A DNA stretch of 64,000 bases from Mobula hypostoma (lineage: Eukaryota), in NCBI RefSeq assembly GCF_963921235.1, contig NC_086120.1, positions 8,928,001-8,992,000 on the forward strand. Reading direction: 5' to 3'. This document shows positions 25,320-38,034 of the stretch, one piece after another; within the stretch, counting starts at the first letter, position 1, and each line of letters starts with the position of its first letter. The notes beneath the pieces are model-generated. The model was not told the origin of the DNA and did no database searches. It saw only the letters and a list, made by a program, of their open reading frames with translations. Both the position numbers and the translations under genes were made by a program.

Positions 25320-26850
25320 TGCTCATCCCGTGAGAGATTGGTGATGAACTGTACTCTTGCACTGCTGCTGTCTGGGGTTAGGTGCTCCCACAGTGACGTC
25401 AGAGAGAATGTTGCTGAATATAGGTGGTGGACCAGTGACACATTTCCAGGTCTGGATGGTTTGTAAATTGGAGGAGAGCCTGCAGGTGGCGCTGTTCATC
25501 TGCAGCTGCTGTACTTGTCCCTCCAGGTGGTCCAGCTGCTGGTTTGAGAGGTGCTTCAGAGGAGGTGGGTGAATAACTGAGTGCATCTTTTAGATTTTCC
25601 ACACAGCTGTTACCATTGGCATCGGTGGAGGGAATGGATATTTTGGTTGATTTTGGAGGTACTAATCAGGAAGGCTGCTGCAGACAGGATGATGCCGAGC
25701 TTCTTGAGAGACCCTGGGACGACACTCATCCAAGTGAGTGGAGAATATTCCATCAAAACTCTGGCTTATGGAATGCAAGAAATGAAAATGCCAGGAGGTG
25801 AATCACCCACTGCATCATATCCAGCCTTTGACCCAATCCTGGGGGTATGGTATTTAGTTAAATAGCCCACATCATTTTTCTCTCAATGTGAACTCTCGGG
25901 ATACTCGTGGTGGAGGCTTTAGCAATGTTAATGTCATTTAATGTCAAGACAAGGTATTTAGATTCTCTGTTCTTGGAGATAGTCATTGCCTGATACCATG
26001 GGTGCAAATATCACTTGTCACTTATCAGCCCATGGCTGAATGTTGTCAACGTCTGGATGGCATACAGGCTGGGACTGAAGCATTGGCCGAGGGGTACAAG
26101 TGGAACTGAACACTCCGCAAATGTCTGTGAACATCCCACTACTGATTTTACGATGGGAGGATGTCAGCGATGAAGTAATTGGGATGAGGACATTGTCCTG
26201 AGAAACTTCTGTCATTATGATGAACACAAAATATTCTGCAGATGCTGGAAATCCATCATCCTGTGGTGATGTCCTGATTCTGGGATGCTTGACATTCCTT
26301 TCCACAAAGCATGGCTCCAATTATAGACAAGAGCAATATAGACAAGATTCCAACTCCATCCTCACCATTCTGGGTGTGTCTTGTACCAAAAGACTCTCTG
26401 GAGGTGGGGGCACTGTGGTGTACCAGCAGGGGAAAGGATCCCTTGGTGTCCTGAGCATTGAATCCAGGCAGAGAGCAGGCTCACAGCATCAGGTGAAACA
26501 TGCACAGGGAGAGCTCCTCCTGATTACAATCTCCTGACCTCCCTCCATTGATGAATGGATATTCCCCATGTTGAGCAACACAGAGAAAGTACCGAGAGAA
26601 GCACAGACACAGAGTGTTCCCGGGGACTTCAGTGGCCATCACCAAGAGTGGTTTGGTTGCACCATCACAGACTGAGTTGCACAAGTCCTGAAAAACAGAG
26701 CTTCCAGACTGAGCCTCTGGCAGGCAGTGAATAAACAACAGCAGGGAGAAACATGTTTGACCTCAACCTCACCAATCCACATATAGCAGATGCTTCTGTC
26801 AATGATTGTACTGGTAGAAGTCATCACCAGATGGATGTAAAGTAGATGGC
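25320..26850 (-). mobile_element. Ancient CR1/L2-superfamily LINE remnant
   Basis: 3' end resembles the LINE tail at 21500-21720; only traces of RT/endonuclease-like sequence remain. Confidence 0.35.
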
Positions 26851-27962
26851 AGTGAGAAGAAGTCATATTCTCCAAATCTCTTCATTTCTTTATTCCTCTG
26901 ATTTGAATGGAAAGGAAATCAAGCTTTGCCAATGGAATGGGTGTGAACTCATTGTCACACAGTTAAACCATCAGGCCTCTTTAATATTTCCTTCCCCAGG
27001 AATTCAGTGCATAAATCTGTGGGGTAAATAAACTCTGACAACAAACATGGCACAAATTTTGAAGCAATTCTTGTCCTCACTGCCATAACTCAAAGAAATA
27101 ATATCCCCTTAAAGGTCAAGTGGTTGACAGATATTCACAATAATATCAGGTAGAACAGAAAATGATATTTGGATAATATGGTAGAAAAGGCAAATGAAAA
27201 TGTTCTGGGCCGTCCCTCTCCTTAAAATAACAGCTCATTTCCTGCTGGGGACACAGATATTCGTTATTTTCATACACAGGCAGCAGCTGATCTGAACTAC
27301 ACCACCAAAACTTATTTTTTAAATGGTGAGGCATTTTTTATTTAGAAATTTCATTATTAAAATAATTTGTATCTCTCACATTAACACACCTCAATAAAAT
27401 CAACTTTTCCACAGAATTGTTTCTCTGTATGTTACATTACAGACTTCCTCCATTCATAACTTATTTCCAATTTGATAAAACTGATTTGCGATAGTATTAA
27501 ATGATTGACACGTGCCCTGTACTGAAATGAGTGCAGTAGGCTTTCAAAGTACTCTTTATTCCAAGGATCCGGAAATCTAGTTTAAGTTTTATCAATGTCT
27601 GAAATGTAGGCTCTTAATATTCTGCAGTTCATTGATAACGTTGGAATATTATAGTCAAGTAATATTAATGTATTAGTACTATTGAAAATATCAGTCTCTA
27701 CAGAGTGAAGCAGGAACACTGGAAACAAGCAGTAATATTGTCTGAACAATACCTGAAGTGATCACTGATATTTACAGTCAGTCTCCATGTTAAACATTTT
27801 CCCGCAGTGTTCTCAGTATAAGGGAAAGTTTCAGAATCAGAGTCACGTTTAAGATCACTGGCATATGTCGTGAAATGTGGTGTTTTGCAGCAGAACCATG
27901 TTGCAATCCATAATAATAAAAATCTATCAATTACAATGAGGTTGAACATATCGACATAAGCA

Positions 27963-29333
27963 CAGTAGCAAAAGTTTGGGAACGCCAGTCAAAATTTATG
28001 TTCCTGTGAATAGCTAAGTGAGTAAAAGATGAACTGATTACAAAAAGGCATAAAGTTAAAGATGACACATTTCTTTAATATTTTAGGGAAGAAAACTTTT
28101 TTATTTCCATCTTTTACAGTTTCAAAATAACAAAAAAGGAAAAGACTCGAAGCAAAAGTTTGGGCACCCTGCATGGTCAGTGTCTAGTAACACCTCCTTT
28201 GGCAAGTATCAGAGCTTGTAAACGTTTTCTGTAGCCAGCTAAGAGTCTTTCAATTCTTGTTTGGGGGATTTTCACCCATTCATCCGTGCAAAAGGCTTCC
28301 AGTTCTGTGAGATTCTTGGGCCGTCTTGCATGCACTTATCTTCTGAGGTCTATCCACAGATTCTCGATGATGTTTAGGTCGGGGGACTGTGAGGGCCATG
28401 GCTAAATCTTCAGCTTGCGCCTTTTGAGGTAGTCCATTGTGGATTTTGAGGTGTGTTTAGGATAATTATCCTGTTGTAGAAGCCATCCGCTTTTCATCTT
28501 CAGCTTTTTTACCGGTGGTGTGATGTTTGCTTCCAGAATTTGCTGGTATTTAATTGAATTCATTCTTTCCTCTATCAGTAAATGTTCCCCGTGCCACTGG
28601 CTGCAACACAAGCCCAAAGCATGATCGATCCACCCCCATGCTTAACAGTTAGAGAGGGGTTCTTTTCATGAAATTCTGCACCCTTTTATCTCCAAACATA
28701 TCTTTGCTCATTGCGGCCAAAAAGTTCTATTCAAAACATTCAAAGGAACATCTGAACAAACCTGATGCATTTTGGCAACAAGTCCTGTGGACTGATGAAG
28801 TTAAAATGGAACTTTTAACTTCAGCTTCTACAACAGGATAATTATCCTAAACATACCTCAAAATCCACAATGGTCTACCTCAAGAGGTGCAAACTGAAGG
28901 TCTTGCCATGGCCCTCACAGTCCCCTGACCTAAACATCATCGAGAATCTGTGTATAGACCTCAAAAAGCAGTCCATGCAAGACAGTCCAAGAACTTCACA
29001 GAACTAGAAGCCTTTTGCAAGAAAGAATGGGTGAAAATCCCCTAAACAAAAATTGAAAGACTCTTAGCTGGCTACAGAAAACGTTTACAAGCTGTGATAC
29101 TTGCCAAAGGAGGTGTTACTAGACACTGACCATACAGGGTGCCCAAATTTTGCTTCGGGTCTTTTCCTTTTTGTTATTTTGAAACTGTAAAAGATGAAAA
29201 TAAAAAAGTTTTCTTGTTTAAAATATTAAAGAAATGTGTCATTTTTAACTTTAACTTTATGCTTTTTGGAAATCAGTTCATCTTTCACTCACTTAGCTAT
29301 TCACAGGGGTGCCCAAACTTTTGCATGTCACTG
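27963..29333. mobile_element. Tc1/mariner fold-back derivative made of two transposon right ends
   Basis: Termini CAGT..CAAAAGTTTGGG / CCCAAACTTTTGCATGTCACTG|TA, with an inner direct repeat CAAAAGTTTGGGCACCC in each arm. Transposase C-terminus (QQDNYPKH...WPSQSPDLNIIENL) lies on - in the left arm and on + in the right arm. Confidence 0.9.
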
Positions 29334-29339
29334 TATTTA

Positions 29340-29760
29340 TTTATTTAAATAAGCAGTGCAAAAAGAGAGAGAAAATATACTGCGGTGGTGATCATGGATT
29401 CATTGTCCATTCAGAAATCTGCTGGCAGAAGGGAAGAAGCAGTCCCTGAAACATTGAGTGTGTGTGTTTGGGCTCCTACACCTCCTCCTTGATAGTAGCA
29501 ATGGGAAGAGGATATGTACTGGTTGATGGGTCCTTAATGACACATACCATCTGTTTGAGTCATCATCTTTTGAATGAAACTGCTCACCCTTTCCGATGTT
29601 GATCCCTCAATGAGGACTGGTGTGTGTTTCCTTGATTTCCCCATCCTAAAGTCCAGAATCAACTCCTTTGTCCTACTGGCATTGAGTGCAAAGTTATTGT
29701 TGGAATACCTCTCGATCAGCTTATCTACCTAGCTCCTGTACACCACCTCATCATGATCTT
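29340..29760 (-). mobile_element. Babar/L2-like LINE 3' fragment
   Basis: Degenerate IKDP..P....F.LL.SRRR.RS-type C-terminal RT sequence, similar to 36650-36770. Confidence 0.45.
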
Positions 29761-30781
29761 TTCTTTTGTCACCATTAATCCATTAATGTTTTCCACAGTT
29801 TATCTCATGAAGAACTGCAAAAACGGCCAGTCTTGCATGTTATTGTCTTCATATTTAAAGGGAATTTTGTTACAAATCAGAGTCACAGGTTACGGGTATT
29901 GGATCTGTCAGTGATAATAAATCTGATTTGATTCTGATACTGATTGTGATGTGCCAATTACAGCCAAATTGTTGTTTTTATTTTTGCAACACCTGGGAAA
30001 GGTTTCACTGCTAACGTAATGGTCTCTCCACAGAAGCAGTGTTTGAGTTATGGTTAGAGATAACGGATAGTTTGGAATGCGAGCAGGGTCTTTTGTTTGG
30101 CGAGAGATGAAGAGAGAAGGTACTGGAGAGAACCAGTCATAGGATACGACCCAGTGAAGAGATCATGATTCGATGGAGCCAGGCGGCGAGATTAACTGAG
30201 GATCGGTGAATTGAGCTCCAGCTGGTGCACATTTGACTGTTTAATTATAATGGACTATTTTTGTTTTTTCATTCTTTTCTTTACAAACGCTTCAGTTAAG
30301 ATTCATAAATATAATTTCTTTAATCGTATGCAGTGTGCTGTCTGTTGTTTCTTGGGACTGAGTTGTAAAAGGGTTGCAAATTACACAGCATCCACACAAA
30401 CCGGGGTTTGGAATGGGGGAGCCGTCTCAATCTCATTGGTTTGGCGGGACCTGAGTGTGTCTTCCCTGGACTTACGCAGCCAAGGAAACCAGCGGGGTTT
30501 CATTTGTGGGGACATCATCCCGGATAGATTTTGTTGGATACCGTGTGATTGCCCTGAGCATTGATCCAGTGGGTTGCGTGTTTAAGTCTGTGCTAAATTA
30601 TTGTCCGGTAAAGTGACTAAGATACGTGGTTATGGACGCTGAAGGGGTTGAGTGGTGGTGTGAATCCACTGCGTTACCGGTAATGAATGTGTGTGTATTC
30701 GGTGGGTTAGATATTCGTAGTCCCAATTAATTGTTAATTCGGACTTCAAGTACCATTAAAGCATGAGGAACAATTACAATC

Positions 30782-31429
30782 ATGGAGCGGAGGTTTGACA
30801 AAATGGCAGACAAAGATTTTGTTTTCGTTCAAACTAGCGTTGATGTAACGACAGTGGAACTGCCTGGTACTATTGGGACCCCGGGAGAGGAGGGGGGGCC
30901 ATGGGCTGTCCATACTTTCCGGGAGGAAGGGACTGAAGGCGAGCGTGCTGATTTGGAAGGAGAGTTTCCCGTAACTGGGGACAGAGACATTAAAGACAAG
31001 TTGTTCTCCATTTTGCTGAGTGAGGGGAAGGAGTGGCCTGATATGGAAGGTCTAATGAGTCCTTCAGCGAGGGGTGAGCATTCTGAGTTGGTAGCAGCCC
31101 TTACTTCCCTGGCGAATAAATGGCAAAATGCCCAGGTTCAAAGTCCGAGTTATCGTGGGCTGAGAATGTTCTCTGGATTGAAGCCCACCCCTAAAGGAGA
31201 AGAGGAGAATGAGAATTGGATGGAGCAGACCTCTCAGATGCTGGATGAGCGGCAGAGCTCTGATGATGTAAAAAGACGATTGGTAGAGAGTTTGAGGGGG
31301 CCGGCCACTGACATAGTGCGATCCTCAAAGACACAGAACTCCTTTGCTACTTCTGCCGGCTACATGCAAGTGCTAAAAAATGTTTTTGGTGCAAAGGGGA
31401 GCTCAATGGATCTTATGACGGGATTTTGA
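30782..31429 (+). pseudogene. Gypsy gag fragment, PNMA-like
   Basis: YRGLRMFSG.KPTPKGEEE.ENWMEQ..QML.E....D.VKRRLVESLRGPA...Y.QVL.NVFG, the motif pattern of PNMA-family/Gypsy capsid; truncated by the internal deletion. Confidence 0.8.
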
Positions 31430-33550
31430 GAGTAGTCTCACACATGAGATACTGAGCATGCTTGGAGTCGAAAAATCGAGGACTACGCTTTATCACCTGC
31501 AAGGTGATCCCCAGCCCTAGTGGTTCAGTCAGACCTTGCTAAACATCCTCGGAACCTTGGAGGTCAGTAAAAGAGAACAGGTGGAGTCAACATATTGGAC
31601 ATCTGGTCCAGTGCTACAATTATACACAGATTGAAGCTACCAGGTACTCACTGCATTATCTGCTGTTTGCAAGTGAAGTGAGGTTGCCCTTTGACATCTG
31701 TTTTGGGAAGATTGGCAACAAAAGGTTTATCTGAAGTATATGTCTGATATGAGAAGGGAACTGAAAAACGCTTTTGGATGAGCTGAGTCCTCAGCTACCA
31801 AGCAGAATCAAGGAAATAAGAGGAGGTATGATCAAAAGGTCAGGTTCTGCCAGCTAATGCCTGGAGACAGAGTCCTCATAAAGAATTGGGGGCTACCTGG
31901 GAAGCATAAGTTAGCTAACTGCTACGCTCTATGTAGTGGAGACTCAGAGGCCAAACATACCAGTTTTCTGGGTGAACCCACAGGACGGGAATGGGCCTGT
32001 CAAGATTCTCCATTGGAACCACCTTCCACCTCTGGGACAAGAGGTACATGTTGACCCAGAGCCTGAATGGACCCAACACTTAGTAAGAGAACTCTGCAGT
32101 GACGTGAGTGAACTGAAGGCCCAGCAGCAGGAAAGATGAGACCGGACTCCAGACCTGAATATGATACAAACTCGGAGGATGAGAAAATGGGAGTGTGGTA
32201 TATGCTAACCTTCGCAAACCCCCCAATAATTGATGAAGAGATTCCCAAACCTTCTCATGTTGAGGCAAGTGAAATAGGGGGAACTCGCACTGGACAGGCA
32301 GATTTGTGGTTCGAAGATAATGGGAGGCTGGAGTCTAAGGCAACTGGGTATGAGGGTGAGCTCAGCAAAGTGACGAGAGTTTCTAGTTTGTCGGGAGGCA
32401 CAAGTAATGGACAGACAAAAGCCTCCCCAGGAGGACATGAAAGAGCTCAAGGAGTGTCTGAAGCTGAAGAAGATGATGGGGTAAGGAGTTTCAAAGAGAC
32501 AGGAGACCGCCCCCCGCCAGACTGACTAGCCTATGTCGCACCCAGGGAACAGAGTTTGGCACCCTGGTGAGCTATGAGTCAGCCTGACATTTACATCTGG
32601 GTTGGACTTTGTGCTTTGTCTGAAGGGGTGACAAATTATCTCAATGTCATGAGAACTGGAATAATTTTGGTGGGGAGAGAGTACCTGGGAAAGATTTCAC
32701 TGCTAATGTAATGATCTTTCTGTAGAAGCAGTGTTTCGGTTATGGTTAGAGACAGTGGACGCTTTGGAATATGAGCAGTGTCTTTCGCTTGGCATGAGAT
32801 GAAGAGAGAAGACACTGGAGAGAACCAGTTGTAAGATATGATCCAATGAGGAGATCATGATTCGATGGAGCTGGCGGCAAGATTGTCTGAGGATCGGTGA
32901 ATTGAGCTCCAACTGTACACATTTGACTGTTTAATTATAATGAGCCCTTTTAGTTTTTTCTTGCTTCTCTTTACTGACCCTTCAGTTAAGATTCATAAAT
33001 GTAATTCCTTTAATCGTACGCAGTGTGCTGTCTGTTGTTTCTTGGCACTGAATTGCAACAGGGCAGCAAGTTACACAGCATCCACACAAACCGGCGATTG
33101 ACATTGGAGAGCTGTCTCAATCCATCATGGTCTGGATCAGAGTCCCTTTAAATTTAGCTTGATTAGGTTACGATCCGGACCATTGATTCCCTGTTTTCCT
33201 GTGTCCCTCGACTTTGGTGATTAGAGGCAATTAACAATCGGCTGAACTGGTAGTTTATAGTCTCCGGCTTTCAGCCGTTCAGTGTGGGAGCGTCTGCAAA
33301 GTCTGCAAAGTCACGGTGTGCCAATGTCATCTGGCCAGAGCAAGCCTTGTCTCCGCCCGAAGCGAGTGTCGGTAATTCGCCTTTCCTCACTGTAGCAGCC
33401 CTGTCCAGTTACCTCACCGAAGCGAGCCTGCAAAGTTTCCTCATCAAGGTGGGTCCGTCAGTTAACCCGCCAGAGAGAATCAAGAGCCACTGTCTACTGT
33501 TCCCGGGCCGAGTCGAGAGCTCGGCACTACCCGGAGGTTCCAAGCACCGC

Positions 33551-33741
33551 GTCCTGGCTCCGGCGGCATCCAAGTACCACGTCCACGTCCTGGCCCTGGC
33601 GGCGTTCAAGTACCATGTCCACATCCTGGCCCTGGCGGCGTTCAAGTACCATGTCCACATCCTGGCCCTGGCGGCGTTCAAGTACCATGTCCACATCCTG
33701 GCCCTGGCGGCGTTCAAGTACCATGTCAAGTCCTGGCCCTG
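33551..33741. repeat. 36-bp minisatellite, about 5.3 copies
   Basis: Unit ATCCTGGCCCTGGCGGCGTTCAAGTACCATGTCCAC in tandem with no spacers. Confidence 0.95.
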
Positions 33742-34061
33742 AGTCTAGTCCTGGCCCTGGCAGTCTGTGATTCCTGTCCTATCCCCTTGTCTGAATCCCT
33801 TCTCTGCCCCTCTCGCCTCTAGCCCTCGTCTGCAGCCCCCGCCTGCACTTCGGTTTAGTTCCATCACCGGAGCTAGATAGGTACTGTCTGGTGTTCATTC
33901 ATGTTGTTCTTGTCTTGTCTTGTCCTCGCCTCTGTGGGATAAGACTGGCCGCCTTGCCATTTCCCCGCTGGGAGTCGTGTCTTATATTCTGCTGTCCTTG
34001 CCTCCGTGGGGTTAGTCAGGCCGTCTTGCCGTTGCCCTGCAGATGGTCATGAGTCCCGGCC

Positions 34062-35164
34062 CTGGACTAGTTCCTGAGGATGGAGGGTGGCTAATGTAAC
34101 CCCGCTTTTTGAAAAAGGAGGGAGAGAGAAACCGGGGAATTACAGACTGGTTAGCCTGACATCGGTGGTGGGGAAAATGCTAGAGTCAGTTATCAAAGAT
34201 GTGATAACAGCACATTTGGAAAGCGGTGAAATCATGGGACAAAGCATGGATTTGTGAAAGGAAAATCATGTCTGACGAATCTGATAGAATTTTTTGAGGA
34301 TGTAACTAGTAGAGTGGATAGGGGAGAACCAGTGGATGTGGTATATTCGGATTTTCAAAAGGCTTTTGACAAGGTCCCACACAGGAGATTAGTGTGCAAA
34401 CTTAAAGCACATGGTATTGGGGGTAAGGTATTGATATGGATAGACAATTGGACGACAGACAGGAAACAAACAGTGGGAACAAACGGGACCTTTTCAGAAT
34501 GGCAGGCAGTGACTAGTGGGATACTGCAAGGCTCAATGCTGGGACCCCAGTTGTTTACAATATATATTAATGACTTAGATGAGGAAATTAAATGCAGCAT
34601 CTCTAAGATTGCGGATGACACGAAGCTGGGTGGCAGTGTTAGCTGTGAGGAGGATGCTAAGAGTATGCAGGGTGACTTGGATAGGTTAGGTGAGTGGGCA
34701 AATTCATGGCAGATGCAATTTAATGTGGATAAATGTGAAGTTATCCACTTTGGTGGCAAAAACAGGAAAACAGATTATTATCTGAATGGTGGCCGATTAG
34801 GAAAAGGGGAGGTGCAACGAGACCTGGGTGTCATTATACACCAGTCATTGAAAGTGGGCATGCAGGTACAGCAGGCAGTGAAAAAGGCAAATGGTATGCT
34901 GGCAGTCATAGCAAGAGGATTCGAGAACAGGAGCAGGGAGGTACTACTGCAGTTGTACAAGGCCTTGGTGAGACCACACCTGGAGTATTGTGTGCAGTTT
35001 TGGTCCCCTAATCTGAGGAAAGACATCCTTGCCATAGAGGGAGTACAAAGAAAGTTCACCTGATTGATTCCTGGGATGGCAGGACTTTCATATGATGAAA
35101 GACTGGATGAACTGGGCTTGTACTCGTTGGAATTTAGAAGATTGAGGGGGGATCTTATTGAAAC
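34062..35164 (+). mobile_element. CR1 family 1 internal RT fragment lacking both ends
   Basis: ORF 34254-35063 matches copy 1; similarity stops at DLIET with no 3' UTR or tail. Confidence 0.9.
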
Positions 35165-35519
35165 ACCCTTGGTCCCAGCCTGGTCGTAGTCCTCAGTCCT
35201 TGTCCAGTTCGCTACTCCTGCTCCAGCCTAGTTCTCCTGATATCAAACAATAAACTAAATTTAATTAACCTCACAAGATGTGTCTTGCATTTGAGTCCAG
35301 CCTTGCTCCCCATGCCCCCGCCACTGTGACACAATCTCACGGGTTTGGTGGGACCAGAGTGTGTCTTCCCTAGACTTACGCAGTGAAGCAAACCAGCGGG
35401 GTTTCATTTTCTTTTTCTAGTTTCCTTACACTTGCTTTTATGTTTGTATAATCACAAGGACTCCGCAAAGAGTCAAGCTCCATAATACAGCCGGGCCAGA
35501 CAACATGCCAGGCTGAGTA

Positions 35520-37860
35520 CTCAGGAAATGGACACACCTGATCACTGACTCCTCACAGACATCTTCAACTCTTCATTTATCCATGCTGTTGTCCCCACAT
35601 ACTTCAGATCAGCCATCATCGTTCCTGTACCAAAGAACTCTACACCTTCAGACGAAACAATTAGTGCCTGGTGGCAATGACACCAATTATCATGAAGTGC
35701 TTTGAACAGCTGGTAATGGCACACATCAAAAGCTGCATTGCCACCACACGGGACACTCAACAATATGCTTTCTGGCAGAACCGCTCCACAACAGATGCAG
35801 TAACATCTGTCATGCTCCTGGCCCTGGTACACCTAGAAATCAAGAACACTTGTGTCTGAATGCTGTTTCTGGATTTCAGTTCCGCATTCAACACTATTAT
35901 CCCACAGGTATTGGTGAACAAACTCCTACTCCTCAGTCTAAATGCACCACTATGCATCTGGGCATTGGACTTCCCAACAAACCGACCTCAGATAGTCAGG
36001 ATGCACAATCGCTCCTCCCTCTCCATCATCCTCACCACGGGTGCCCCCCCACCCCCCAGGGCTGTGTGCTGAGCCCACTGCTGCAGAGTCTGCTCACGTA
36101 TCACCGAATGGCCAAATATCTAAGTAATCACATGGTCAGATTCACCGATGACACAACAGTGGTGAGGCTCATCACCAACAATGATAAGACAGCCTGCAGA
36201 GAGAAAGTGGAAAAGTTCGAACCCTGTGCCAGGCAAATAACTTCTTCCTCAAAGTTAACAAGACAAAGGAAATTATTATTGACTTCAGGAGAACTAGCTC
36301 ACACCACTCACAAAACATTGACTGCACAGCAATGGAAACTTCGACCAGTTTCAAATTCCTGGGAGGGTACATTATGCATAACGTTACATGGCTCCCGATC
36401 CCAACTTACACGATCAGGAGAGCTCACCAACATCTTTACTTCCGCAGGAGGCTGAGGGGAGCTGGACTATGCACTTCTTTACTCATGCCCTTTTGCAGAT
36501 GCACAGTAGAGAGTATCCTAACAAGATTAATCACTGCATGGTAAGGAAACTTCACTGTGGTAGTCAAGAAGTTCAATACAAGGGGTATACCCAACACGTC
36601 ATTGGCACCTGCCTATGTGCCATCAAGGACTACATGCAGAAAGGTGCTGGTAAAGAGCCAGAAGCATCATGAAGGATCCCACCAATCCTGCTCATTGACT
36701 GCTTGTCCCACTCCCATCAGGGAGGAAGCTGCGTAGCATCCATGCCAGGACCACTGGACCCAAAAACAGTTATAGAAACATAGAAACATAGAAAATAGGT
36801 GCAGGAGTAGGCCATTCAGCCCTTCGAGCCTGCACCGCCATTTATTATGATCATGGCTGATCATCCAACTCAGAACCCAGCCTTCCCTCCATACCCCCTG
36901 ACCCCTGTAGCCACAAGGGCCATATCTAACTCCCTCTTAAACATAGCCAATGAACTGGCCTCAACTGTTTGCTGTGGCAGAGAATTCCACAGATTCACCA
37001 CTCTCTGTGTGAAGAAGTTTTTCCTAATCTCGGTCCTAAAAGGCTTCCCCTCTATCCTCAAACTGTGACCCCTCGTTCTGGACCTCCCCAACATCGGAAA
37101 CAATCTTCCCGCATCTAGCCTGTCCAATCCCTTTAAGATCTTATACGTTTCAATCAGATCCCCCCTCAATCTTCTAAATTCCAACGAGTACAAGCCCAGT
37201 TCATCCAGTCTTTCATCATATGAAAGACCTGCCATCCCAGGAATCAATCTGGTGAACCTTCTTTGTACTCCCTCTATGGCAAAGATGTCTTTCCTCAGAT
37301 TAGGAGACCAAAACTGCACACAATACTCCAGGTGTGGTCTCACCAAGGCCTTGTACAACTGCAGTAGTACCTCCCTGCTCCTGTACTCGAATCCTCTCGC
37401 TATAAATGCCAGCATACCGTTCGCCTTTTTCACCACCTGCTGTACCTGCATGCCCACTTTCAATGACTGGTGTATAATGACACCCAGGTCTCGTTGCACC
37501 TCCCCTTTTCCTAATCGGCCACCATTCAGATAATAATCTGTTTTCCTATTTTTGCCACCAAAGTGGATAACTTCACATTTATCCACATTAAATTGCATCT
37601 GCCATGAGTTTGCCCACTCACCCAACCTATCCCCAAGCAGTAAGGATGACCAACACTTTACCCACTAACCTACACCTCCACCAACACTACTTTATCATTT
37701 CCTGTCAGAGTCATCTTATGGGCAAACACTCCTGTGGCTCGTGTCAGTTTATGAACACACAATCAATCTATGTATATAAGCAATGTTATGTATTTACATT
37801 TATTGTGTTTTTGTTTATTATTGTGTTCTTTTTCTTCTGGCTTTTTTGTGCCTCTTCCAT
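35520..37860 (+). mobile_element. Babar/Rex-type LINE, degraded, interrupted by a CR1 at 36772-37632
   Basis: [31 protein letters not shown]; C-terminus KNSY|PQAVR split by the CR1. Confidence 0.75.
36772..37632 (-). mobile_element. CR1 family 1, 5'-truncated 3' end
   Basis: ORF 36870-37625 matches the RT C-terminus of copy 1; (AGAAACAT)n tail on the left. Confidence 0.95.
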
Positions 37861-38034
37861 GCTGAACATCTGATAAAAGAGTTGTAACCATAAATCTGGC
37901 AACTTCTTTTGACTCCCGAAGAATCTTCTCGACAATATTATCCCCAGATCTAACCAGAGTTACAAAGGGAGTTGTACTATATTGGAGTTGGATGCTGTCA
38001 TTTAATGTCAGAGACCGGACAGCACAGAAATATC

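Larger units (their letters stand above)
33123..35331 (+). mobile_element. Solo LTR inserted in the 3' LTR above; itself carries a minisatellite and a CR1 fragment
   Basis: CAATC duplicated (33118-33122 / 35332-35336) but single in the 5' LTR; 3' end TGTGACA; AATAAA near 35248; 5' terminus degenerate. Confidence 0.7.
29985..35406 (+). mobile_element. Internally deleted Gypsy LTR element with PNMA/MOAP1-like gag
   Basis: 5' LTR 29985-30502 (TG...CA); degenerate PBS 30503-30523; gag 30782-31429; integrase C-terminus about 31500-31950; PPT about 32670-32680; 3' LTR about 32681-33122 plus 35332-35406; TTTT on both flanks. Confidence 0.85.

Noticed and set aside
33551-33741. 36-bp repeats as a CRISPR array
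   Set aside because: Units are directly tandem with no unique spacers; eukaryotic context and no cas genes.
33284-33742. 152-aa repeat-containing ORF
   Set aside because: Openness is explained by the stop-free 36-bp unit inside an LTR.
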